A DNA stretch of 64,000 nt, taken from assembly GCF_006345805.1 (NCBI RefSeq), contig NC_043020.1, forward strand, positions 19,282,001 through 19,346,000, written 5' to 3'. The notes beneath the pieces were generated by a model. It searched no databases, had not been told where the DNA came from, and saw only the letters and a program-made list of their open reading frames with translations. Every line of letters starts with the position of its first letter. Position 1 is the stretch's first letter. This document shows positions 25,525 to 39,904 of this stretch, piece after piece. A program made the translations under genes and the position numbers. Source of the DNA: Octopus sinensis (taxonomy: Eukaryota).

Positions 25525-27417
25525 TCCTTTTCTAAAACTGTTGAGATCAATTTGGATCAATGAAAAACATTCGCTAGGGTCGACCATCGCTGCCCGGAAG
25601 CCGTCCTTAAAGCGGCCGGTTTTGGACCTGTTTTCGGAGGCTAGATCGCTGCAATGCACAGCAGCACATGCTCGGTGGTCAAAGCAAATGGCCATCTATC
25701 AGAACCGTTTTGCATCGCACGCTCGGTCCGTCAGGGCTGCCTGCTTTCATCTCTTCTGCACGTGCTGGCTCTCGAGCCACTACTACAGAAGTTGGAACAA
25801 TTGAGGTGCATCCCTTTCGAACTGGGATTTGGAAGAGCAGTGTCTGCATCACTGTCATGGTGTCGGACGCCTCCGAAATGGAGACAGTCGGCTCCATTCT
25901 AGAAGAATATGAGTCGGTTGCAGGGGCTAAAATCAATGCCGAGAAGTCGGTGGGCTAGCGACTGGGCACCTGGAGAGGCAAATCAATGCCGTCAGATGGC
26001 GTTACCGGACACTGGCGGAAAAGTCTCACTGACGGACAAGTTAAACTGCTCGTGGTCTGGTGGATAAGAACTGGGACTAGGTGACGAACAGGGTTGCCAG
26101 TCTTACCCAGAAATGGTCTGAGAGGAAACTATCCTTGAAAGGTCGGACAGAAGTGGCGAATGCCTTCATCGCCTTCATTATCATTTATCGTCTGACCGTC
26201 GTGCCTTACTCCAGCTATTGCTTGATCATGTTCATGGGGAAGGAATGCGTTCCAGTGGTCAGGCGGTCAATCTGCTATCAATTCCCTCTGAGTGGCGGCT
26301 TAGGCATGTCATGGATTTTGATGCACAGATATGCGCTCAGGTGGCGCAACCTGTAACGGTTTCTAGAATCTGTATGTGCGGGGGCTCCGTTTGTTAGGCA
26401 CGTGTGTCCGCAACTCGTCTCTTTAACGGCGCTGCAGTCCTGGGTGAAGGATAGACCAAGACTGGACACCCGGCACCTTGAATGTCGTCAGGCACTCACT
26501 GTCCTCGACCAGTCGGGCAATAAGATCGGTGGATGTTCCACATTAGCTATTTACAGAGGAATAGTGGCGGTGAAGTGCGACGACATCCTAGGGGAGACTC
26601 TGGACTTTGACAAAGATAAACTCATTAGTCTGTTCCGGAGGACTTTTCGGTCGGGGACTATTATGGATAATCTCCAGAAGTCTTTGGCTTGGCAGTGCTG
26701 GGGGTGGGGGCGCTACCGGTTCAAGATAAACTCTACAGGCACAGATTTGCTATCAGACGCACTTGTCCGAGATGCACGCAGAACGAATGAACCGTTCTGC
26801 ATGCGCTCGTTCAGTGTCTGGTAAATTGCTGACTTGTTGAGTTATGTCGAACAGCTACAATCGCGTACGGGACGGCTCTGTCAATCATCCGAGTCCATAG
26901 TGATGACTGCCCCGCCGCCCTCCTTTAATCGGGCAGGCAAGGCAGTTTTCCTTTGACTGGATGCTGTGGTGAAAGAGGTTGTCTGGTGGACGAGGTTGAA
27001 AGGAATGAGGACAGAGACATTCCCCTTTGGTAAAGACCACATCGACTTTTTCAAGTTTCGGTTGAAAAGGAAAGTGAAGGTGGAGAGGGAAGTGCTGTCC
27101 TTGAGTGAATTTATGAAAATGTGGGTGAAAGTTGCTAAAATGGCAAGAGTGGATGGTACCACTCTAAGTGTAGACCTGTGAGTCGGAGGAAAGGAGTTGA
27201 AAAAGGTATTCGTTTTTATTATTCTGGGTGATTTTGGATGATGGGGTTTCTCGATTGTCCCTATTGTTGTATACTATGTACATTTCCCTTCTTTTAATGT
27301 ATGCCAGGATAATTCTTTATTCAAGTTTTTTTTTATCATTCAATTATATGTAAACACCCCCACTGTCTATCTTTGTATAGTCCCCCTCATCCTTCATCCT
27401 GGTGGCAAATAAAAGAA

Positions 27418-27458
<41 letters not shown>
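25525..27458 (+). mobile_element. Tx1/L1-clade LINE, 5'-truncated and decayed, with (TTA)n tail
   Basis: RT motifs (INLDQ*KTFARVDH, SVRQGCLLS, KINAEKSVG); colinear with ~37990-39900; AATAAAA before the tail. Confidence 0.85.
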
Positions 27459-27459
<1 letters not shown>

Positions 27460-27576
27460 GTAATTTAGCAGAAGTGACCTTAAGTCACTCTGTTACTTCT
27501 ACTAAATATTAATAAATATTTACTTATACTCATTTCTTGAGTTCTACTTTTCCTGTTTGCATCAACATACCTATTA

Positions 27577-27625
<49 letters not shown>

Positions 27626-27699
27626 TACGCACACACACACACACACAACACACACAACAAACACAAACACACACACACACACAACTAGCCACTACACAT

Positions 27700-27860
27700 T
27701 CTTTATTTTCTCTCCTTGTTTCTTTCTGTGTTCTTTTCTGTGGAAGAGCGTAGGCTCGAAACGTTAAAGACTTTTTCACTTTCCGAGCGTTAAACTAATA
27801 CATCTGTTTGTTGTCTACACCACCTGTCTTCGTCTTTCGCCTTTTTGTGAATTCTCCCTA
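27700..27860 (+). mobile_element. Family H1 short element, copy 2
   Basis: Same architecture as 58-250; lies between (CA)n and (TA)n. Confidence 0.55.
27734..27770 (+). ncRNA. Variant minimal hammerhead motif
   Basis: tttt-CTGTGGA-A-GAGC(GTAG)GCTC-GAAAC-GTT|aaag; A6 is mutated. Confidence 0.5.
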
Positions 27861-28753
27861 TATATATATAATGCACAATATATGGGTTTATCTAATCCAG
27901 TGGTAATTATAGATAGTCTCTTTTAGTGGACCAGGCAACAAATACATTGGAGTATAATGTATAGTCTGTTGCGGTTGAAATCCTGTAAATTCAGCCAGTA
28001 ATAATTATTTCATTAGTAGTATATAGAGTATAAAGAAAGTCAGGAGGGATGAGATGAAGATATTTTATCCATAAAATAACGATTATAGGAAATAATTTAT
28101 TTTGGCGTATAATAAATTATTTTACAAGTCTGCAATAGTGCATATGTTATAAATCACAAAAGTACTGTCAATAGCAATATCATAGTACATATTTTAAGCT
28201 GTAATATATAAACGTTTGCGTAGGTGTAAGTATACATATTTGTGTGTGTGTGTGTGTATATATATATATGTGTGTGTGTGTGTGTATACATGTGTCTATG
28301 GCTATATATGTAAATATATGTCTATACATATAAATGTGTGTGTGTGCACGTGTGTGTGTGCGCGTGTATATATATATATATACATATATATATATACATA
28401 CATATATATATATACATACATACATACATATATATTTATGTGTGTGTGTGTATACATATGTGTCTATGGCTATATATGTAAATATATATGTCTATATGTA
28501 TATGTGGGTGTGTGTGTGTGTGTGTGTGTGTGTACCTATTTTCGATACCAGCAATTGCTATTAGCTATCCATAATTCCTCTTTATATATCCGGTTGTCTT
28601 ATACTATTAATTATACATCTCTAAACACCCCACTCCTTAGTAGATTTATGTCTTTTTCTGTATGTATCTATGTTGACATGAGTATATTCATACTTGCATA
28701 CGTACATTGAAATACCTTTTTTGCATATATATATATATATATATATATATGCG

Positions 28754-28808
<55 letters not shown>

Positions 28809-29400
28809 CACAGACATGCGTGTGTGTGCGCGCGCGGTGTGTATATGTATATACTTGTTTGTGCCTATGTATATACATAAACATAAACATATATATACCT
28901 ATTTTCTGTTGCCTTTTTCTATCATTCTATTTCTTAATAATTATAGTTATTTCCCCCTAAATAAATATATTGGATTCTTTATTCAGTCTACTTGAGCAAG
29001 TGGGCTAAATTGACCTTTTAAATTTTAATCCTATTTTTGATATAAAAATAATTGTAAATTATCTATGAGTTCATTTGTTTTTATATCTAACAGTCTTATA
29101 CTATTAATGATATATTTCTAAATACTATCTAGTTTGGTTTATCTCATTATTCTTCCTCTTTTATAACTTTTAACTATATTTTATTTAATTCTTATAGCCT
29201 TCCTCTCTTCCTTACTAATTTCTATTGTTCTTACTTTGTCTTCCTCTCTCTCTCATCATAATTTTATTTTTATTTTATGCCTCGTTTTATTGATATAACT
29301 CTCTCTATTTCGTAAACATAATATCAGCAAACCCCTCTCTCATCTCATTAAACTTTCTTCTTTTCTATCTCTATTATGAATACTTTTAGGTTATAAATGA

Positions 29401-29755
29401 CTAGCACTATGACCCGCCGTTGCCGGGTCATAGTGCTAGTGCATGCATATACAGCTGCATGCGTGCGCAGATACACGTGAATACTGTCCAAATCTCCGAC
29501 CAATCACATACAGCTAGCTGGCATTCAAATGGCGTATCAAGTTTCGGGCATTTTGATTGGGTTTTGGATAGAAAATTCACAAAAATGTCACTTCTATTGA
29601 TTTCTTAATGCCTAACAGGGTGACTGGGGAAATACACGACCACCCTTGGACGGTTTTGAATGACCATAGAAAGTGCGAGCCCTCTAACTGAAAAATTGTG
29701 GATTTGTATAAACGACACACACACACAGACAGACATTTTGCCGTTTATATAGAGA
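29401..29755 (-). mobile_element. Non-autonomous Helitron (355 bp)
   Basis: Minus strand A|TCTCTATAT..(TGTC)n..ATGACCCGGCAACGGCGGGTCAT-AGTGCTAG|T; homologous to 21613-21966. Confidence 0.8.
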
Positions 29756-30233
29756 TAAACTATCTTTCTGTCATGTTATGTACAATCTTCATTTAAACCA
29801 CCACTACCACCCACTGTATCCTTTTTAATATCTTACTAAATCTCCTTCTCTCCTTTCTATATAACACATTTTTATTAATTGTCTTCCAAACATTAATATT
29901 TCCAAGAATACTTTTTGTATGTGTATAGTAAAGTTGAAGAATCGATGTAACTATGATATGCTATAGATCTCATATTCATGATATTCTATAGATAAGATGA
30001 GCTAAGCCGTCTATACCAGTATTAGTTTGTAAAATGTACAATAGCACTATGTAATCTATAACATATGCACTAGTGCACGCACGTAAGGTCATTTATTATA
30101 CCCTAAACTAAATTATTTATTCAATGATGTTGGCTGCGAAACGATCGAAATTCTATGGATATCACCTGGTGGAATATCCTCATCTCATACCTCCTGACTT
30201 TTCTTTATATTCTATATATATATATATACATAT

Positions 30234-30311
<78 letters not shown>

Positions 30312-30338
30312 ATATATTATATATATATATATATATAT

Positions 30339-31010
30339 TATAATTATGTGAAATAGAAAGATGAATAATCTTGTAGTAGATTAATCAAAAGTTTAACCGA
30401 TACCTTAGTAGCAAAAATCACAGCAGTAAACAGCACGGTTGGAGGTACAACCATCTGGCGTTGCAACCGTGCGTTGGTGCGGATAATTGAAATTAAAACA
30501 TTATTGGTGAATTGAAGAAATGGAGCTGAACGCAGATTGAACAGAAATCGTTTTATTTCATTCTACACGTGTTGGTAATTTGTGCCTTTCGAAACACGTG
30601 TAGAATGAAATAAAACGATTTCTGTTCAATCTGCGTTCAGCTCCATTTCTTCAATTCACCAATAATGTTATATATATATTTATAATTATGTGAAATAGAA
30701 AGATGAATAATCTTGTAGTAGATTAATCAAAAGTTTAACCGATACCTAGTAGCAAAAATCACAGCAGTAACAGCACGGTTGGAGGTACAACCATCTGGCG
30801 TTGCAACCGTGCGTTGGTGCGGATAATTGAAATTAAAACATTATTGGTGAATTGAAGAAATGGAGCTGAACGCAGATTGAACAGAAATCGTTTTATTTCA
30901 TTCTACACGTGTTGGTAATTTGTGCCTTTCGAAACACGTGTAGAATGAAATAAAACGATTTCTGTTCAATCTGCGTTCAGCTCCATTTCTTCAATTCACC
31001 AATAATGTTA
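30339..31010 (+). repeat. Tandem pair of ~330-bp units, each ending in a perfect 77-bp-arm hairpin
   Basis: Units 30339-30670 and 30681-31010; unit 1 arms 30497-30573 and 30593-30669 with a 19-nt loop containing the start of GAAACACGTGTA. Confidence 0.9.
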
Positions 31011-31014
31011 TATA

Positions 31015-31078
<64 letters not shown>

Positions 31079-31205
31079 CGGGTTCAATCTCCTCAGTTTG
31101 GTACTTTCCTCTCTCTTTCCGCTTACACACACACACACACACACACAAATTTAAAATGTAATTGTATATGAAGCTGAAACAAACTTTTATTAATGCGTAT
31201 GTGTG

Positions 31206-31236
<31 letters not shown>

Positions 31237-31402
31237 GTATCTCTATGCATGTATGCATATATGTATGTATGTATGATTGTTTGTTTTTATGTATGTATGT
31301 ATGTATGTATGTATGTATGTATGTATGTATGTATGTGTGTGTGTATGTATGTATGTATGTATGATTGTTTGTTTTTATGTATGTATGTATGTAAGTATGC
31401 AT

Positions 31403-31980
31403 GAGACATGTGGTCGAGCATTGTCATGAAGAATGATTGGCCCTATTTTGTTGACCAGTCTGGGACGGAAGAGTAGCAGTTTTTCGTTCATTTTGGCAAT
31501 TTTATAGCAATATGTTTCCGGATTTTAAGAAGTTATAGTGGATGAGTCAAGCAGTACACCACTAAACCTTCTTTTTGAAGAGCTCAGGTTTAGGGAAAGT
31601 TTCTTGTGCTCTGTTTTGGTCCAACCACTGCGAAGAACATTCTTTTTATTATTGTACAGAACCCACTTTTCATCGCAAGTTACAAAACGGTCGAGAAACG
31701 GTTCCGTTTGGTTACGGAGAAGAAGCGACGAGTAAATTTCACATCTGCGCATTTTCGCATTTTCATTCAAATTGTGTGGTATCCATTTTGTCGAGCTTTT
31801 TTGATTTTCTGATCGCATGCAAACGATTCTAAAAGCAGTTTCCTGGCTAACTTGAAGTTCTTTTGCCAGTTCTCGAGTGGTTTTACGTGGACCTTTCTCA
31901 ATGACGGTTTTTAATTGACCGTCTTGGATGGCATATGGGCGTCCACTACGCTCACGATCATTAAGGCTCAGGTCTCCACT
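31403..31980 (-). pseudogene. Mariner transposase fragment
   Basis: KWIPHNL, FVTCDEKWVLYNN and HDNARPH motifs; no TIRs seen. Confidence 0.85.
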
Positions 31981-32359
31981 GCGAAATCGGGATCTTTTCT
32001 AAAAGATGGACAGAATTTTCTAGATAACTAAACAATTTGAAACTTCGTATACTGGTAGAATGTGTCAAAAGAAAACATTAATTTCAACTAGATTTTTTGA
32101 GAAAATTGTATTTTGTAACTTTTACGTAGTTTAATTCTTCGAATTTTAACCAATGAAATCCCAGCATTTGACCTAAATCCACTTGCTGCGTCTAAATAAA
32201 CAGCACACACATACACACGCACACGTGCTATTCATCCATCACTCCTGTCTTCTGTCTTCTGCAGGTGCTAGAAATAACAGCTATATCTCTTAAATCGATG
32301 AATTTCGTCGCCCAATAAAAATATTAACGATATTTTGAGACTTTTAAAACATGTTCGTA

Positions 32360-32428
32360 TTCGTTCATACATACATACATACATACATACACACACACAT
32401 ACATACATACATACATACATACATACAT

Positions 32429-32459
<31 letters not shown>

Positions 32460-32674
32460 TACATACATACATACATATACATACATACATACATACATAC
32501 ATACATACATACACACACACATACACACACACATACATACATACATACATACATACATACATACATACATACATACACACACACATACATACACATACAT
32601 ACATACATACATACATACATACATACATACATACATACATACACACACACATACATACATACATACATACACAT

Positions 32675-32705
<31 letters not shown>

Positions 32706-32805
32706 TACATACATACATACATACATACATACATACATACATACATACATACATACATACATACACATACATACAACATACATACATACATACACATACA
32801 TACAT

Positions 32806-32836
<31 letters not shown>

Positions 32837-33150
32837 TACAACACATACATACATACACACACCATACATACATACATACATACATACATACATACATACA
32901 TACATACATACATACACACACACATACATACATACATACATACATACATACATACATACATACATACATACATACATACATACATACATTCGTTCATACA
33001 TACATACATACATACATACATACATACATACATACATACATACATAAATGCATACATAAATGCATACATAAATGTATACATAAATGCATACATAAATGTA
33101 TACATAAATGCATACATAAATGCATACATAAATGCATACATAAATGTATA
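32360..33150. repeat. Long (ACAT)n/(AC)n microsatellite grading into a 12-mer (ATAAATGCATAC)n
   Basis: Direct reading. Confidence 0.95.
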
Positions 33151-33154
33151 CATA

Positions 33155-34978
33155 TACTCTCCAAGATAATGCCAAATCCATGGCCGAGATACTGCAGAAA
33201 CAATACTGCTCTGTTTTCAGCAATCCTGATATGGCCGATCTGGGCTGTATCAGTGATGTCAACCCCCAACACACTATATCGGACATAACGTTTAGTGCCC
33301 CTGATGTCTTAGCGGCGATAACGAAATAAAACACAATTCAGCAGTAGGCCCCGATAGGTTCCCTGCTTGTGTCCTGAAGGTGTGTCGACACCAACTTGCA
33401 TCTCCCCTTGCTAATCTGTGGAGAAACTCACTGGATGCTGGCTATATTCCAAAAAACCTTCTGTCCCAGTCTGTTGTCCCAGTTTTCAAAAAGGGAAACA
33501 AGTCCCTTGCAGTGAATTACCGTCCGATCTCACTCACCTCTCATATCATCAAGGTATTTGAGAGGGTGGTGAGATCTCGAATAACCAATTTCTGGAAAGC
33601 AACAGACGGCTGATCTCCAACCAACATGGGTTCCGTAATGGAAGGGACTGCCTAACGCAGCTCCTGCATCACTTTGAGGACATTTTGAGAGCTTTGGGAG
33701 AGGGCTCCAACACCGATGTCATCTACCTTGATTTCAGTAAGGCCTTCGACAGGGTCGATCACAAGATCCTATTGAAAAAACTATCCAACATTGGTGTCTC
33801 TGGAAAGTTACTGAAATGGATTAAGTGTTTCCTGACAGACAGATCTCAACATGTTGTAGTTGAAGGGGTAAAATCAAGCCCAGCCAAAGTCAGTAGTGGC
33901 GTTCCGCAAGGCACTGTGCTGGGCCCACTCTTTTCATCATTTACATTAATGACATTAATGACATCATCAAGCACAGCAACATAAAAATCTTTGCAGATGA
34001 CTCCAAGCTACAGAAGGTCATAAATGAGGCGAGTGACCGGACATGCCTTCAGTCAGATCTACTGGCTGTTATCCAATGGGCAGAAAAAAACAATATGCTG
34101 CTGAACGAGGATAAATTTGAGCTAATCCACTTTGGAAAAGAGGATGCCCTGAAACTCCCATACTCCCTTCCTTCAGGTGAAACTCTCGCGGCGTCCAACA
34201 ACATCAGAGACTTGGGAGTAATTGTGGACAACAACGTAAGCTGGGCCACTCATATAAACACCAAAGTTGACATGGCCCGCAGAATGTGTTCCTGGATTCT
34301 CAGAACTTTCCAGTCGAGAGATATCCACACCATTATCCTTCTCTTCTCCACTTTTGCCCGACCCCACCTTGAATACTGTTGTCCACTGTGGTCTCCCCAC
34401 ACAATACAAGGTATCATAAAAGTTGAAGCACCTCAAAGGGCAATCACAAAAAAGATAGATGGCATGACAGGCCTCGACTATTGGGGTCGACTAGAAAAGC
34501 TAAAACTCTATTCTCTCCAACGTCGTCGTGAGCGCTACATCATCTGCATGATGTGGAAAATATTCCATCAGCATTGCCCAAATGATGTTGGCATCACCTT
34601 TAAGGTACATCCAAGGCTTGGGCCCCGTGCCATCCGCCCAAAACAAAAATCGCACTCTCATCTCATAACAACAATACGGCACAATTATTTCACCTCAATT
34701 GGCCCCGCTCTCTTTAACATTACACCAAAACACATTAAAACAGAAACTGACCCTATAGGGTTCAAGAAGTCTTTGGACAGATTCCTTCAAGAAATCCCGG
34801 ATAAACCCCCTACACCCGGATATGTCTCTGTAAACAATAACTCTCTACTTGAGTGGGCCATAGTGCCCAAATTCTGACTTGAAAGACTTCACCAGGTGGT
34901 GCTATTAAGTTAGACATGGCCTGGGCCAATAATGGCCGAAACCTATCAAAGTATCAAAGTATCAAAGTATCAAAGTAT
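33155..34978 (+). mobile_element. CR1-clade LINE, 5'-truncated, RT with frameshifts
   Basis: NYRPISLTS, YLDFSKAFDRVDH, SGVPQGTVLGP, FADD, RPHLEYCCPLWSP; 3' tail (TATCAAAG)x4 at 34944-34975. Confidence 0.9.
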
Positions 34979-35090
34979 ATATATACACATGAAAAGCCGA
35001 AGAAGCCTTATTTAAATAGATTTACAACCTAACCGAGTGAACAACCAGCGAGGTATGAAGATGTATAAAAACAACATTGTGTGTGTGTGT

Positions 35091-35143
<53 letters not shown>

Positions 35144-35320
35144 TGTGTGTGTACAGTGTGAGTGTATGAATGTGTTTCTCATATCTAAATTGTATATTTT
35201 CATGTACTTAAAATAGAATCTTTTTTAAATCTCAATTTGTTTAATTTTGTTTGTATACCTTGTCCATACAAGGTATGCGCGCACATACACAAACGCGTTT
35301 ATGTGTGTGTGTATGTATGC

Positions 35321-35371
<51 letters not shown>

Positions 35372-35574
35372 TACATACATACACACACACATATGTATAT
35401 ATTCATGTATAGATACAAAGATATACACAAAAACACACAACACAACACAGCATGCATACACACACACATACCTCATGCACTATATTTACCACGGATGTAT
35501 ATATGTGTGTGTATGTCTGTATGTGTGTATGTATATGTATGTATACACGCGTATATATACATATATATTTATAC

Positions 35575-35632
<58 letters not shown>

Positions 35633-35633
35633 A

Positions 35634-35720
<87 letters not shown>

Positions 35721-36479
35721 TACGTACGCAGGTATACGTGTTTGTGTATGTATGTATGTATGTATGTATGTATGTATGTATGTATGTATGTATGTATGTA
35801 TGTGTATATATGACAGTATGTGTATATGTTAGAGTGATTTTGCGATGTCTGAGGGAAAGAATTAGTGTTTGTGAGTATATCACATCAAAATATACAAGCA
35901 ACTATTTATATGCATTTGGTGATGTTTCTAAGATCGTAGATTGTGTTTCTGTGTGTGGGAGGGTGCAGGTATAGATGTTAGTTTCACGCGAAACTGCGCC
36001 CGGTGGAGAGGCTCCAGTCTGTGAAATCTGGAGTTGTGAGGAGCGTGGATTTACCTCTTAACCTTACTCCCAAGTGCATTCTGAATCGGATGGTAGTACA
36101 TGAAGGGTCCCATTTATGTGTTATATAATTTTGTCCAGGGGTAGAGGAGGCGTCCGTGACTCTGACAAAGCCATGGGGTAGGCAGCTCTTCTAAGAGAAA
36201 AATATTCTGACATAAAACTTGCAATCAAAATAGTATCAGTCATCATGCAATACTTGTCACTGGGACTTACTATGGCGACCGAGAGAGTAGCAAATGTGTT
36301 GTACAAGCTTTTATCACTTAAATCCAATGACGCATTGATGTCACACTATCATTAATGTGAGACGGCTATCATCTGGCAGCATAAGACAATCATTGTATAC
36401 TTATGTATATACACTTATGTTTCCTATACTTTTTTATGTTACCTTTTGTTTTCACGTCGTGTTATTAGCCTTTATACGA

Positions 36480-36640
36480 TATACAAAACAAGTAGTAAAG
36501 GTCATTCACAAATGCACACAAACGCACGCCTATACATGTGCAAGTACACGCGAACATACTGCTTAATTCCAGATGTGAAATCTTTAGCAGGTGCAAACAC
36601 ATGGACAGTTTTCTTTTGTTGAACTGGAGAGCGACCTCCG
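36480..36640 (+). pseudogene. Possible Penelope-like ORF C-terminus
   Basis: LNSRCEIFSRCKHMDSFLLLNW resembles the LNxRxExxxxCRHxxxFLL end of Penelope/Neptune ORFs. Confidence 0.4.
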
Positions 36641-36824
36641 CTCCCGATTGAGTTGCTGTCTCGCACACTTAGACATTTTACTATGATGGGGATTTTTGTT
36701 TTCTTGCTTTCATTTCTGTGTTCTTGTTAATTTTTTTGTATGAATATTTTGCATATATGGATATAAAATTCTTTGTCTGTCTGTTCGCTATACATTCTCA
36801 AACGGCTCAACCAAATCAAAATAA

Positions 36825-39800
36825 ATTTACTTGGGCAAACCGCATCGGGTCATCTAGATCGTATTTAGATAGGTATTCTGTAAGCCAGTGAATAAATATA
36901 ACATGGGTTATCCACAATTTCAGTTAGTCGGCTACACAGACCACAAATTTGTGATCTGTACCCTCGACTTAGACAGACTTCATAGACAGGGTCCCGGATG
37001 CTGAACACGTCGTTACCGACGTGTCAAGCTTACAGAGACCGGATTAGCGTTTTAGTTAAGAGGGCGTTAACGGACGCAGTTGTCAACACAACTGGTGGTT
37101 TGCTCTTAAAAGGACAGTTGGAGTAGAATCTGTTAGGTTTAGCAAGGCATTAGCAACAGAACGAAATAGAATAGAGGGAGATTTAGTTAGAAAGTTAGAT
37201 GTGGCGCTTGGGACAGGCATCGCAACCGATGTGTTGGCGGCGAGGTTGGCCCTAGACTATATTTTCGACACCAAACACGAAGGTTGCGTTGTCAGAGATA
37301 AGGCACGATCACTAAGCGGAGAGAGAGAGAAAGCGTCACGATGGGCACGCGTGACAGAGGCGAAAAGTGGAAATAAAGCCACCATTCGGTCTTTGGTGGA
37401 CCAGAAAGGACGCGAAGTGTTCGAACCGAAACAGATGTGTGCGGCTTTTCAGCAACACTTTGCTCAACTGTTCGGGACGAATGGTAAGACGGATAACAGG
37501 GCATACTTTAGTGTGTAACTGGAAGGCTGCTACGACTATCGGCGTGCGAGGTGGAGTGTATGAATGGCCAATAACAGCCGCGGAAATACAGGAAGCGATG
37601 AAGAGCTGCACGAGAGGCAGATCCACGGGTTTGGATAGTCTGCCCTACGAGCTTTATATTTCAATGCCAGGCTTGTTTGTGGGCCTCTTAGCAGACGTCT
37701 ACCTTAATTGGCAACAAAATGGGAGAATTTCCACTTTCGATTGTCGAGGGGCTGTAGCACTGCCGAGAAAGGACCCATACAAGGGGGACGTTACGGAAAA
37801 TTTCAGACCCATCACTCTGCTCAATGCAGAGCTGAAGATTTTGGCCAAGATGTTAGCCAAAAGGTTGGCGCTTGTCGTGGACAAGCTGGTTGGCGAGGCG
37901 CATACATGTGCCATCCCAACAAGGACTATTCACGACAACCTCCATTTATACGCTACATCATAGAGAAGGTGGATAACAAATCTGGCATGGGTGGGGTTCT
38001 GATCAATTTACATCTATCTAAAGCCTTTGATAGGGTCGACCATCAATATTTGGCAGCCGTCATCAGGGTAGCCGGATTCGGTCCGGTTTTCTACAGTTGT
38101 ATCAGTGCTTTGTACAGCGGCATTAACTCGGTTGTTCGGGTGAATAGTCACCTGTCGGAACCGTTCAGCATTTTGCGTTCGGTCTGGCAAGGGTGCTCTC
38201 TCTCTCTCTCCTCCCTTCTGTATGTACTGACTCTTGAGCCATTATTACAGAAGCTGGAGACTTTGAGGGGTGACACACGTGATCTAGAACATGGGAGAAG
38301 TGTGTCTGCTTACACTGACGATGTCACCGTCATAGTGTCGAGCCACAGGCATACAGACTTGATTGGTGACATACTACAAGAATATGAAGCAGTGACAGGA
38401 GCAAAAAGCAACGCAGAAAAGTCAGTGGGCTTGCAACTCAGCACCTGGAGAGGCAAGTCCATGCCGTCAAACAGCATCGTTGGGTGCTGGACAGACGGTC
38501 CAGTGAAATTGCTTGGAGTCTGGTTTGGTCCAGACCTCCAGGTGGAGAAAAACTGAGACGAGGTGATGAGCAAGGTAGCCATTCTCACCCATAAATGTGC
38601 CGAGAGGAAGCTGTCCCTGAAAGGTCGGGCGGAGGTGGCGAATGCGTACATCGCATCCGTCATCTATTACCGCTTGACCGTCGTCCCTTGGTTGACCAAG
38701 CTGGTGCGCTTACTCTTCCGCTTTCTATTGAAGGGACGCGTTCCACTAGTCAGGTGCTCCATCTGCTGTCAACAGCCGCTGAATGGAGGACTGGAATGCT
38801 GTGTTTGCTGATGCACAGACATGCTCTGAGGTTGCGGCATCTCCGGCGTTTCCTTGACGGTGAGCAGGTGTGTTCGCTGTCACTATTTGTCAGACTCACG
38901 TCCCACAGCTCGCCTCTTTGACTGAACAGCAGTCCTGGATTAGACGTAGACCAAGGAGGGGCGCTTGGCACATCGAGTGCCGCCAAGCGCTCACAGCCCT
39001 CCGCTAGTCGGGCAATGCAGTGCGTGACAATTCCACTCTAGCGTTTTATAGAGGGCTAATTGGAGGGAAAGTGCGACGACGTTCTCGATGAAACGCTGGG
39101 CGTCGATGAAGATCAACTAACCGGTCAGTTTCGGAGAACTTTCGGGCCTGGGCCTATGGATAACTTCCAGAAATCCTTTGTTTGACAGTGCTACCGAGGG
39201 GCGCTGTCTGTTCGAGGTGTGCGCAGAGTGATGAAACCGTTCTGCACGCCATCGTTCAGTGCCCGAGTATTGCTGACCTGTGGGTTTATGTCGAACACCT
39301 GCTATAACGTAGGACTGATCCAGCTATCAGCTAATTCCATTCTGAAGATTGCCCAGCCGCCCTTCTTTGGCATGGAGGAGCAGAGAGTTTTTATTTGTCT
39401 GGTGGCTATAGCGAAAGCGGTAGTATGGTGGACTCGTCTGAAAGGACTAAAGTAGACTCGTCTGAAAGGACTCTTTCCTCTTTGACCAAGCCCACATGAA
39501 CTATTTTTAGTTTCACTTGAAAAGGAAGTTGAGGGTGGAGAGGGAAGTGTTGCCTTGTAGCAAGTTTGTTGAAAGGCGGGTGAATGTTGGAAGAATGGCC
39601 AGTGTGAAAAGACCAATTCTGAGCATGCACCTATAAAAAGGGAATCAAAGGTGAAGGGCTCTTGCCCTGTTGCTCAGGCACTCGTAGCTTTTGTGGGTTT
39701 TTCCACGAGAACCTATAAAGCGCCTATCCTTTTGGGAGTTTTTATATTGTTTAATTTTTTTTGTTATTTTTGTTTACACACCGTAAAATCCATTATATCG

Positions 39801-39900
39801 TCCCGTTTTTGTCTTTTATATTGTTGTATATCCTTGAATGTTATTGTATGTCAGCCCTTGTGGCTAATAAAAGAATTGATTACTATAATAATAATAATAA
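36825..39900 (+). mobile_element. Tx1/L1-clade LINE ORF2 remnant (end of APE, RT, 3' region) with TTA/TAA tail
   Basis: FTWANRIGSSRSYLDR and TDHKF (APE), GLDSLPYELY, FRPITLLNAELKILAK, KAFDRVDH, QGCSLS, AYTDDVTV; stops and frameshifts. Confidence 0.9.
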
Positions 39901-39904
39901 TTAT

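Noticed and set aside
32268-33334. Long ORFs (MYVC/HTYI repeats), and similar YI, LS, II ORFs throughout the window
   Set aside because: Translations of stop-free microsatellites, open in several frames on both strands.
36750-36858. Mini-Helitron ending in CTAG
   Set aside because: The CTAG lies within the Tx1 endonuclease-coding stretch (GSSRSYLDR); only the 5' ~70 nt look Helitron-like.
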